Assembly: GCF_009914755.1 (NCBI RefSeq)
Contig: NC_060931.1
Length of the DNA: 64,000 bases
Strand: one strand, 5' to 3'
DNA from: the human T2T-CHM13v2.0 reference genome, Homo sapiens
This document shows, one piece after another, positions 34,231 to 46,046 of the stretch. The position numbers were made by a program, and so were the translations under genes. How positions within the stretch are numbered: position 1 is the stretch's first letter; each line of letters opens with the position of its first letter. The notes under the pieces were generated by a model. That model searched no databases, was not told where the DNA came from, and saw only the letters and a list, made by a program, of their open reading frames with translations.

Positions 34231-36661
34231 CTAGGGTGTGTACATACCCTAGTCTTGAAAATATTGGAGTCCACAGACAGTGTGTACACTCTCTTTTATG
34301 CTCTGTGTGATCACTCACTATTGGTCATCATTAACTGTATAGTGTTTCCCTTCAAACAGCTTTAAAAGATGTGCTGTAACATTCTGAAACCAATCACCCA
34401 CAAAGGCCTTTTTTCTCCTTGAGTTTGGGAAATTTATCAATATTGAGAAAGTAGATGGTATAGTATAGCTATTTGTTGGGGATGCAATACAAAATATTTT
34501 CAAATGCATTTTCGTGCTGTGAAATCCTACTTTCTTTTGACTCTCTTCTCAATTTTCTTCTCATCAAGAGAAAAGTAGATGTCACCTTGACTAAAGGAAT
34601 GTTTCTTTTTTTAAATCCATGTCAGAAAATAGTATTAAAGGAGTTAAAGAGTTTTTACTTTAAACTTATATCAACATATCTAGGTTGCTAAATACCATAC
34701 ATAGAACAGAACACATAGGCAGTCGGGAGAGGAAGTCAGATGCAAAAGTTCTTATATTATTGTGGTTAAACTTTGAAGGGGTTGTGTAAACATGTAGATA
34801 TGTATGGAGATACTGAAGAATATGTATTGGCATTTGAAACATGCTCATTTAGACATGATTCAGAGAAGCTTCAGACTGTAGCAGAAACATAACTTTCTGC
34901 TGAGACTTGGCCACTCTTGGAGGAAGAGGGCAGCTAGATGTATGAACCAAAAAAAACTACCTCCTGGTTCTCCACAGCCTGTTTATCCCGTGCAAAAGAT
35001 CCACACATTTCTGGGTGCTTGTGGGGTAGAAGGGGGAGCTGTAGAGGCTGATGCTAGAGAGTCAAATGTATAACACACCCAGGTGGCATTATGAAGAAAG
35101 GCATTAGAAAAGAGAAATCTGAAAGACCAGGACACTCTCATGAAAGAGACCGATTTAACTAACAGCTAACTTACCAACAAGAAGAAGCTGAGGGACTAAG
35201 ATTCCATTAATAGGTTTTTAAAAATTTATCTGTTCAAATTTTATCAGGTGTGAGTAAAGACAGAGAGTGATAACCTACCTTTTAATCAGTACATTCATCA
35301 TGAGGTTCTATCATTTTATTCCTCCACCCTGAAATCATGTACTTTTCTAGGCGTGAGGTGTGAAATTCATATGGGTTAGACTTGAGTTCTCAGTTATTTG
35401 TGAGAAGTGCCAGCGTTCAGTACCAGTGGAATGTTGGCATTTTAAGAATGCTACCACCACGACACCATGAGAGCAGTTGCCAGGAGTAAAGTGGCTTAAT
35501 AAAAATACGTATTTTATCCACAGAGAGTTTCCATCAGCTTTCTACTAGTATTAATTTCAGTAGTTTCTAAAATAACATGAGATTGAGAGTAAAACAAAGT
35601 TAAATGTGTAGGAGTACTAAGATAGAAAATACATAGTTTGAGCTGAGAGACAAAGTCTCAAATTCTTTGATTCAGGCTGGTGGCTTTAGAGCTGAAGGCA
35701 GAATAAATGGTGGTAGTATATCTTTTACAAATATTCATTTTCTCCTATTCATTTAAAAAATGATGATGTCTAAGTTTTGGCCAAATTTTCTGTATCACCT
35801 ATGCAATTTTTATTTCATTTTGAGTGAAGATACATACTTATTAAACCCAAAATCTCTTGCGTCCTTGCAATCAATTACAAAAAAATAGGATACACAAACA
35901 TAGATTTACCATGAATTTACCAGAACCTATGGTGTAATTTTAAAGAAGATTGCTCCTAGTAACACTGCCTTGTTATTACTGAATCTAGATTTGTTCCCAC
36001 AAGATTAGGCCACAGGCTATACATTATTCTTCCTTTTCCCATTACGGTAGCAGCTGTCTTCAACTAATACTGTAGTGATCTTACTCATTCTACAATCACA
36101 GGCTGTTGCCAATTCATTTAGTACAAACGGTGAAAACCAAGGTGTTTGGAAAATTTTGTCTTTTATTCTCATTTCAAAGATTCATGTATTCTAGGCCTCT
36201 GAATTACTTATGTGAGAATTTTTGGAATCTTACAAAAGAGCATGGGATTTTTGTTAATATGTCTTATTCACAGACAACATCTCTGTGGTAAAAGCACTAT
36301 GTACTACGTAGTAGTACCACATGATATGGTGGTAAGTAATTAGGTATATACCTTTTAAACAGCTATGTCATGAAATATAATATTTTAACTCTTTTTACCT
36401 AAACTACCTGTTGAGTGAGGTCTGAGTATTATCAGACTGTCACACCTTATAACAATGGACCTCACACATTACTATTTGCTGAATGGATAACCTTGTTTTA
36501 TATATCTTATTACATTGATCAAGTTACAGAGCGTTTCTGCTTTCATCATGTCACCATCACAGAAAGCCACTTCATACACAATCCATGACATATGTGAAAA
36601 ATGCACTTACATGATATTTTCTCTCTGTCTTTTCCTTTCTTGTCTCAGAAATATGATTCTT

Positions 36662-36846
36662 GTCCTTGCGATAGTTTGCTGAGAATGATGGTTTCCAGCT
36701 TCATCCATGTCCCTACAAACATGGCACATGTATACATATGTAACAAACCTGCACGTTGTGCACATGTACCCTAGAACTTAAAGTATAATAATAATTTAAA
36801 AAAGCAAACAAACAACAACAACAACAACAAACAAAACAAACAAAAA
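36662..36846 (+). mobile_element. 185-bp L1PA3/4 insertion with 5' inversion (twin priming) and (AAC)n tail
   Basis: Antisense piece 36662-36718, sense 3' end 36718-36795; 15-bp TSD AGAAATATGATTCTT at 36647-36661 and 36847-36861. Confidence 0.95.
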
Positions 36847-37384
36847 AGAAATATGATTCTTCTTCTGTTTTTCTACATATGGTGATCATGATTCCTGGGG
36901 TGAATTTTAATTTTCTTCGAGTTATCACAAATTTCACCTAAATTACACAAAATGATATAGGTGAAGATACCCCTTGGTATCAATCCCTTAGGTTGATAAA
37001 ATATTATATGAGAATTACAAGGTTTGTCTTTCACAGATCTTGTTGATTGGCCTTTAGTAGGCTTTTTCTGTTGTAATAGTATGTTAACTTCCATAAGGAA
37101 GAGATTATAATATCTTCTAGATCTCATTTCAAATCACAATTAATGTTTTAATCAAATACTTTGTGGTAGTAGTTTGTGTTACTTATCTTAAATACACTAA
37201 TGTACTTGTTCACATTGACATATATTTGTCATTATCTCTACTCATGCAGCATCAAAAAATCCTGCTTACATTTCTTTCCCCTTCTCTTATTTGGTTTTTT
37301 TAGTATATCATTTTATTTACAAAACTTGAAGGTTTTGCTATGTATTCTCACACTATTTCAAGATAATTATAAACATGTATAAGT

Positions 37385-37475
37385 ACCTTAATTCCTCTCA
37401 CCTCAGTTATATCATCAATGAAAGAGTTGGATGGACTAGTTAATGCCTAAGATCCCATCTAATTCTGAATGTGTG
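37385..37475 (+). mobile_element. MIR3/MIRc fragment
   Basis: 'cctcagttatatcatc...ggactagttaatgcctaagatcccatctaattctgaat'. Confidence 0.55.
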
Positions 37476-38019
37476 TGGTTTTCTTAAAATTGGAATTGAC
37501 AGTTCTCTGAAGTTATTATTTCTCCGTTTTCATGGAGGTAAATTTTTATTTATTCTAAACTTTTATCTACCCTTCTAAAAACAATTCCATATATGCAACA
37601 AAGGGGTTTCTTATCAATAGTCTTTGGGTTGGCATATTTTCTAAGAATTTTTATAAGCATATTAACAGGTTAATTTGGTATGATTTCCAGTAACTAACGT
37701 TGTTTTCACATTATAAAGTATATCTAAGTTGTTTGAGTGGCAAGTCATTATAATAGATATTGTGCAATTCTTTCTATACTATAGCATAGTTGTGTCCTCT
37801 TAATGTGTGGTGATTATGGATGTCATCCGAGTGAAATTGTAGGGTTATACTACATCTACCTGATGAATGCCTGAAACTCAATATTCATGTCTTGTTCTTT
37901 ACTATTATCTTTAGTGTCTAGGCTATTGACAGTATATTTTAGGTGTCAATGATGTTGGTTGAATTAAATAATACTTATGTTATTATTTTCTATTATACAT
38001 TTTATCTGTGTGTGCAATA

Positions 38020-38200
38020 TAGTATTCAGTACAAATACTGAGTTTTTTATTAGTAGCTATAATCTACTTTGTATTAGTAGCTGCATTCTAATTTGTATCA
38101 GTAGCTGCAGTCTTGGATAAGTTATTTCTCCCCTCTGTGATCAGGTATTTCAACTGCCAAAAAAGAAAGTTAGACTAAACCTAAGGTCTCTTTCTTATCT
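38020..38200 (+). mobile_element. MIR3-like fragment with an internal 24-bp triplication
   Basis: 'tagctgcagtcttggataagttattt...ttagactaaacctaaggtctc'. Confidence 0.55.
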
Positions 38201-38914
38201 AAATTCATTTGTTTAGTTCAGCATTTCTGAAATATATTTTAATATAAAACTTTTCTTCTTTTTTTGCACTTTCTGATAACCTGATTTTGACACTGAAAGA
38301 CAGCTCTTTGAGAAACCCACTTTGGAGAATATCGGTTCTAGTAGGAAAAAATATCAGCATGTTAGGTATGACCATGTGAACTGGTGCAAGTTTAATTCCT
38401 GGTAGTTCTTTTTGTTCCAGGACCTTTCCTCCATTTCCTCCATTCATTGCCACAGGAGAGACATAATAATGTCAAAAAACAAGACAAATAATTTTGAATT
38501 TCAGAAGTTAAAGCTTTTCAGATGAAGCACTTAGCCCTGAAAGCATCAGTGTTTCCAGCTTACACTGTGAATAGGAGACTAGAAAGGCTGGGCATTGATG
38601 TCTTACAGTAAGTTTTTCCTGCTCTGAGGAGAAGAGTCCTGACATGGAAAGCAAAATGATTTGAGGTAGTAGTATGTTTCTGAGTAGAGTCATGCCCCCT
38701 GATTGATTGTGATCAAGACATACAGCATTTGGGGGTTTGAAAGCAGAAGGAAAGTGTGTCACTTATGGAGAGAAGCTGGGAAATTACTAAACCCTGCAAC
38801 AAGCAACAGGTCCAGCAAGGGTTGTAAGTAAGAGAGTAGGTATGGTGTTGTGTGGATTTCTAGGCATACAGTCTTGAAATGACTTCCCAATTTCCTTGTG
38901 TTGAATACAGTAAA

Positions 38915-39235
38915 GAGCTATGAGTTGAATTATGACCCCCTCCATTCATATGTGGAAGTCCTTGTGACTTTATTTGGATATAGAGTCTTTAAAGTTGTAC
39001 TCAAGTTAAAAGGAGGTCATCAAGGGTGGGCCTTAATCTAATATATCTATGACTTAATCTAAGATGATTAAAAAGAAATATGGTGACAGATGGGTACACA
39101 GAAATAATGCCAGGTGAAGAGATCAGGGAGATGAGTCTTTAAGCTGAGGAGCACCAAAAATTGTCAGGAAACCGCCAGAAGAGGAGGAGACATGGAACCG
39201 ATTTGTTCTCACAGCCCTCAGAAGAAACCAATATT
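38915..39235 (+). mobile_element. MLT1B/C (MaLR) LTR, 3'-truncated
   Basis: 'ctatgagttgaattatgaccccc...gtgactttatttggatatagagtcttt...ctcacagccctcagaagaaacc'. Confidence 0.8.
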
Positions 39236-40699
39236 TTGAATAATTATAAACTTATTAGTGAGCTTTCTAGCATTATCATTTATTATCATGCACTTATCAT
39301 CATTTTGAATACTTCGTGAAACTTAATAGTGAGCTTTATATCATTCTGATTGTACAGCTTCTCACCTCTCCCAAACCCTTTGTGTTCCTTTCACTTCAGC
39401 CACCCAAGAAGATAGAAAAGCTTTTGCCAAGTTCATTTGTCCCTTTGGCAGGCCTACCTTTGAGCTGTGCTGCAGCTGCTCCTTCCTGCTGGAAGGTACC
39501 CAGGAATACTTCCTACCCCTGATTGTTTTCTCTATTGGTTCTCTGGACACTGGCTTATTCCTCAGCATTCAGTATTTGCTTTCGGTATCCTTAGTTTTAG
39601 CCATCTAAACTAAAACCCTCTAAACATTAACCATGAAAACATTAACCCATTCCTAGTTAATCAGCCTTCTCTCTGCTTTCTTGATGTTAGCATCCCCCTG
39701 AAGCTTCAGGTGAGAAGAATCTCTAAACTCAAGGGAATCCTTCTAATTTTACTAACTCTCTGACACCCTTGAGCAAGAGAAGGCCCAATCAAAATTCTAG
39801 ACTTATAGTTACACCCTTTGAATTCTAAATGGCCCTCTCTGTTCTCAGTGTTCTGCCTTTTGCACTTTTATTTGTACACTTTGATCACAGATCTTTCAAG
39901 GCTTGATTCCACACACTCAACAATTTGGTCCATCACTCTTATTTTGTTTCCATGCGTTTTTCTGAGACCACATGATAGCAATTTTTATAAGGCTCTCATT
40001 AGTATTTGTGAATCCTTAATGACTGGCAGCACACCAATTCTAGAGTGTCAAGCATTTACAGAAGTCATTCTTGGAACCCTGTTAATTCAGAAGATAGACT
40101 CTTTCTGGCATGACCTTTCTCAGCCATTTTCCTCACCCCCTGAAGAAATTTGTGTATTTCTACCAACTATGAATATCTTTGACTTACCAGGAGACTAACT
40201 TTTAACCCAAGTTTTAGACTTAACTCAATCTACTAGAACATGCCATCACTTTTGTCTTCAACCTCAATCTCTTCTTTCCTTATGTTTTCCTTTGGTTTTA
40301 TATTGTCCATTCCCTAAAAATAACTGGCTAGATAAAACACAACTCACTTAACCTTAACACTCATGCATGCTATTATTTTCTCTTAATGTTTCGTGGTCTG
40401 ACAGGAGTTGGGAACGCACCAAATGGTAATACTTCTGCCTCAGGAGTTCATCACTCATTTCATATTTTCAATATATGATCTGGCTTCTTTCTCCAAACCC
40501 TCCACTGAAACCAAAATCTTAAAGATGAATAGTAACTGTATACAACAACCCTCACAACATTCCTTTATTATTCCCTGTCTTCTTTTATTCCATTATAGTC
40601 ACTTTAACTCCTTTGTATTCTACCAGCTTTTTCTTCTTCTTTCAATTTACTACTCCTTTCTTCTGTCTGTAGGGGAGGAAAGCAAAAGAGTGAAGAGGG

Positions 40700-40900
40700 A
40701 CCTAATAGTTATCAATGTTTTTCTATAATGTCAGGCATGGCGTTACAGGCTTTTATAGATCTTATCACTTGTATTGTTCAGAATGATTTTGTGAGAAAGA
40801 TATTTTCCACTCAAGAAGTTCTAGAAACTTTTTCAAAGCCAAACAAACCTTGGTGGTACCCAAATCTGAACCTACATTCCATTCTTATTTCATAGTATCA
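40700..40900 (-). mobile_element. MIR
   Basis: 'tgtcaggcatggcgttacaggcttttatagatcttatcac...' antisense MIR. Confidence 0.55.
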
Positions 40901-40911
40901 CATGACCTTAT

Positions 40912-41285
40912 TGTATTAGTCTGTTTTCATGCTACTGATAAAGACATACCCAAGACTGGGGAATTTATAAAAAAAAAAAAAAAAAAAGAGGTTGAATGGA
41001 CTCACAGTTTCACATGGCTGGGAAGGCCTCACAATCATGGCGGAAGGTAACAGGCACATCTTACATGGCGTCAGGCAAGAGAGAGAACGACAACCAAGCA
41101 AAAGGCGTTTCCCCTTATAAAATCATCAGATCTCATGAGACTTACTCACTTCCATGAGAACAGTATGAGGGAAACTGCCCCTATGATTCGATTATCTCCC
41201 ACCGTGTCCCTTCCACAACACATGGGAATTATGGGAGCTACAATTCAAGATGAGATTTGGGTGGGGACACAGCCAAACAATATCA
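40912..41285 (-). mobile_element. THE1B-like solo LTR
   Basis: tgtattagtc...aaacaatatca; TSD CTTAT/CTTAC at 40907-40911 and 41286-41290; expanded internal A-run. Confidence 0.93.
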
Positions 41286-41424
41286 CTTACATATCTTCCA
41301 CCACAAAAGTTCTATCCTCTGCCCTGGTTAGCTTATGGTATTTGTCTTCATGTCTTAGGCCTATATGCTCATTGATACAAAATACATATCTTAAGCCTAA
41401 GTCTCTCAGAAATCTCTGACTTAT

Positions 41425-41620
41425 TTTCCTGCCTTTCTTCTTCCCTCCCTCCTTCCCTCCTTCCTTTCCTTCCTCTCTTTCTTTTCTTTCTTCTCTCTCT
41501 TTCTCTCTCTCTTTCTTTCTTCCTTCCTTTCTCCCTCCCTCCCTCCCTATGTCTTTCCTTCTTTTCCTTCCTCCCTCTTTTTCTTCCTTTCTTACTCCTT
41601 CCCTGTCTTTCTTCTTCTTT
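41425..41620. repeat. CT-rich polypyrimidine low-complexity tract
   Basis: About 195 nt of almost pure C/T (CCTT, CCCT, CT and CTTT units). Confidence 0.95.
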
Positions 41621-41624
41621 GGCT

Positions 41625-41830
41625 TTAAACGTTTATTGAGTATTCCCTATATACTACTCATCATGATAGGTATTTCCCATGCATGATCTTACTCTGATAG
41701 CATACTTATTAGTGGCTCAGTTTTAAACAGAGGAAACAGAGGCTTAGAACAGTTACGTAACTTGCCAAAAGTCAAAAGCTAGCAAGTGTGGAACTAGGCT
41801 TGGAGCCTGATTTTCCTTTGAAATCTTTGC
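41625..41830 (-). mobile_element. MIR
   Basis: 'gtttattgagtattcc...ttttaaacagaggaaacagaggcttagaacagttacgtaacttgccaaaagtca'. Confidence 0.8.
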
Positions 41831-43529
41831 TCATCTCGTGCTGCTGAGGGGTTACTTGCTATTTTCTGGACTAAACAGTGTTTTCCCACATTTTGCCCCT
41901 GCTTTTACTGTTCCTTCCTATTCTTTGCATCGCATGCATTCAGTTTTCTGCATGCACATATATATTTTATTTCTGCAGTAGCATAAATATCTTGAGGTAG
42001 GAACGGCCTTTCACATACAGTAGGTGCTCTCAATAATTCTTGTTGAACTGAGATAAATTCCAACTTGGCAAGGCATTGTTTTCTTAAAGAAAAAAGATAC
42101 AGCAGTCATATAATTCAAATGTAGCATTATTCGAATAACAATAAAAATTAGAATAAATTCTCAACATAATTTAGAGATTAATGGAATATGGGCTGCATCA
42201 GTATTTATTCATTTCATGACTCTGCAATTTGTTAAATCTCTTTTCCCCATTACTCAAATGATTATTCTGTCAACCACAGCACAGAAACTGCTAGAAAACC
42301 TCCCATTGCTAACATTTACAATGCATTGATTGGAGATAATTTCCAAATGGTAGTGAGCTCATTATATGTGATGGTATTTTAATGTCGTTATAATTTTTCT
42401 GGTAATTACCTCCAAATCTAATGAAAGAATTCCAAGCTTGTTGTCAAACTCCCCTAATATAATTCAGCAAGGGCCTGATCAAACATGGCCCTTTTGTATT
42501 TCCTTTTTGCTTTATCTCTGAATTCTTCAGTTTCCAGTTTTTGGGGTCAGATTTAAAGATTTACATGGAGGCAATTCCCACAGAAAGCCATGGGGGATTG
42601 AACGTGAGAGGGATTGTAGCCTGGCTGTACAGGAATCGTGTTTCACCTTTCCTTTTTTTATTCTCCAGCTGCTGTTCCTTAAATACAACTTTAAAAATAA
42701 CTTATATAGGGTGGTTAATACATTCCTACCCTGTGGGGACAAGCTAGGTTCTCAGTTGCCCAAGATTTTAGGCACTCTCTAGCAATTTCAGTAAAGAAGC
42801 AGACTCTTGTCTTGAGTGTTGAAAAACTGCCACAGGGTCAAGATGAGAGCAACGGAGGGTGGCCCCAGTGAATCCCCATTGTATACATGCTTTTCTAGCT
42901 GTTGCAGGAGAAGGGAGGGGCAGAGAGACTAGGTAATGAGGAGTTCACAAGGTTGTAGGGGTAGTCTGAATTTTATGGGAGAAGAGGGAAAGTTATAGTT
43001 TAAATTCAGAAAGTTCTATGTCTTTCCCAAGTAGTTTGTTTTATTATTCTTGACCACTCTTTAGTGAGCCAAACTTGCATATTTGGCAAACTGTGGGAAT
43101 GCGGCCAGTAGCCTATATCCTCACTATGACTCCATATAGAATCCATGTGTGTTTAAGGTTCCCAGTTTTCTTAGGGGAGAAATCCTGGCAGAGGTATATT
43201 GGGAGGACCTGAATTTCAGTGGTCCTTTATATAAGAATTACTATCTGCTGGGCACACGGGCACAGCAGCTCTGTGTGTTGTCTTCTTTATCCTCAAACCC
43301 TAGGCAGAGATAGTGTTTAATGTGTGAAGCCACTGATTTGGCCATTTGTATGGTATAATCCACTACCCTACTATGTGAAAGAGATTTGTCTTTCATGGAA
43401 AAATCCAAACCAAAAGGTGGAAAGCATTCTTGGATATCGTCTACCTACTTCTCACCAACTCTGTGCATTTATGTCTTACAAATTTTATAGATGAGGCAAT
43501 AGGCATGATATAAGAAGATGGCAGACAGA

Positions 43530-43675
43530 TAATTTACATTTGTTATATGCCTTCTATGCGCCAGGCACTAGTAGGTGTTCAATGTTGCCTCACATCAATT
43601 AGGTTTAACTCACAGAGGATCGAACAAGGAGGTTGTATTATCCCCATTTGTTAATTAAAAATAAAGTCCAAAGAA
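43530..43675 (-). mobile_element. MIR
   Basis: 'tatgcgccaggcactagtaggtg...tattatccccattt'. Confidence 0.65.
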
Positions 43676-44551
43676 GACCAGAAACTACAGGAAATGAATA
43701 AATTTATAGAAATGCACAACCTTCCAAGATTGAATCAGGAAAAAATTAAAAACCCTGAACAGCCAAATTTTGAGTTCCAAAATGGAATCATTAATAAAAA
43801 ATTCTATCTAACAAAATAGCCCTGGACCAGAAAGATTCTCAGACAGGTTCTACCAGACCTACAAAGTACAGCTGGTACCAGTTCTACTGAAATTATTTTT
43901 TCTAAAAAAATTAGGTAGAGAGGCTCCTCCCTAACTCATTTTATAAAGCCAAGATCTCCCTTACACTAAAATCTGGCAAAGACACAATGAAAAAAGAAAA
44001 CAGCAAGCCAATACCCTGATGAATATGGACATAAAAATCATCACCAAAATACTAGCAAAGTGAATCCAACAGGACATCAAAAAGTTAATTAACCATGATC
44101 AAGCAGGCTTTCCTTGTGGGTTGAAAGTTTGGTTTAACATACAAAGATCAATAAATGTGATTCACCACATAAACAATTAGAAACAAAAACTATACGATTA
44201 TCTCAATAGATAGAAAAAGCTTTCAACAAAATCCAACCTCCCTGTATGATAAAAACCTTCCAAGACTGAATCAGGAAAAAATTAAAAACCCTGAACAGCC
44301 AAATTTTGAGTTCCAAAATGGAATCGTTAATAAAAAATTCTATCTAACAAAATAGCCCCGGACCAGAAAGATTCTCAGACAGGTTCTACCAGACCTACAA
44401 AGTAGAGCTGGTACCAGTTCTACTGAAATTATTTTTTCTAAAAAAATTAGGTACAGAGGCTCCTTTTTCTATCTCAATAGATAGAAAAAGCTTTCAACAA
44501 AATCCAGCAATTTAGGCATTGAAGGAACATATCTCAAAATAATAATAGCAT

Positions 44552-44914
44552 TGATATGGTTTGGCTGTGTCCCCACCCAAATCTCATCTTGCATTGTAAT
44601 CCCCATAATCCCTACGTGTTATGGGAGGGACCCAGTGGAGGTAATTGAATCATGGGGGTGGTTTCCCCCATGCTGTTCTCATGATAGCGAGTGAGTTCTC
44701 AGGAGATCTGATGGCTTTATAAGTGTCTGACATTTCCCCTGCCGAAACTCATTCTCTCTCCTGCTGCCCTGTGAGGAGGTGACTTCCACCATAATTGTAA
44801 GTTTCCTGAGGCTTCTCCAGCCATGCAGAACTGTGAGTCAATTAAACCTCTTTCTTTTATAAATTACCCAGTCTTGAGTATTTCCTGATAGCAATGTGAG
44901 AATGGACTAATACA
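44552..44914 (+). mobile_element. THE1D-like solo LTR
   Basis: tgatatggtttggc...ggactaataca; TSD AGCAT at 44547-44551 and 44915-44919. Confidence 0.93.
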
Positions 44915-45894
44915 AGCATCTATGACAAAACCACAGTCAACATCACACTAAATGAGCAAAAGTTGGAAGCATTTCCCATAAGAACAGGAAGAAGATAAAA
45001 ATGGCCATTCTCACCACTTGCATTCAACATAGACCTGGAATTCCTAGCTACAGCAATCAGGCAAGAGGAAGAAATAAAATAAATCCAAATAAAAAAGAAG
45101 ACATCAAATTATCTCTCCTTGCTGACAATCTGATTCTGTATCTAGAAAACCCTAAAGACTCACCCAAAAGACTCCTAGAACTGATAAACAACTTCAGTAA
45201 AATTCAGGATACCAAATCAATGTTGAAAAATCAGTAGCATTCCTATACATCAATAATGTCCAAGCTGAGAGCTAAATCAAGAACACAATTCCATTTACAA
45301 TGGCCACAAACAAATATAAGACATCTAGGAATACACCTAACCAAAAAGATGAATGATCTCCACAAAGATAGCTACAAAACACTGCTAAAAGAAATTATAG
45401 ATGACACAAACAAATGGAAAAACATTGCATGTTTATGGACTGGAAAAACCAATATTGTTAAAATGACTGTACTGCCCAAAGCAATCTACATATTCAACAT
45501 TATTCCTATCAAACTACCAATGTCATTTTTCACAGAATAAAAAAAAAGTATTCTAAACGTTTTATGGACTAAAAAAAAAAAAAAAAAAAAAAAGCCCAAA
45601 TAGCCAGAGAGATCTGGAGCAAAAAGAACAAGCCATGGGCATCACATTTCCCAACTTCAAACTGTACTATACGGCTATAGTAACCAAAGCAACATGGTAC
45701 TGGTACAAAAACAGACACATACCACTGGGACAGAAAAGAGAACCAAGAAATAACGCCTCACATCTAAAATCATCTGATCTTTAACAAAGTTGACAAAAGT
45801 AAGCAATGGGGAAAGAACTTTTTTTTTTCAGTAAATGGTGCTGGGATAATTGGCTAGCCATATGCAGAAAAATAAAACTAGACCCCTACCTTTC

Positions 45895-46046
45895 TTTTTC
45901 ATTAATTTTATTTTATTTCAATAATTTCTGGGGGATAGATGGATTTTTGTTACATGGATAAGTTGTTTAGTGGTAATTTCTGTGATTTTGGTGCACCTGT
46001 CACCTAAGCAGTATACACTGTACCCAATGTGTAGTCTTTGATCCCT
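45895..46046 (-). mobile_element. ~150-bp L1PB 3' terminus inserted antisense in the older L1
   Basis: 'ttttatttcaataatttctgggggatagatgg...tgtacccaatgtgtagtc'; TSD CCTTTC at 45889-45894 and 46047-46052. Confidence 0.88.
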
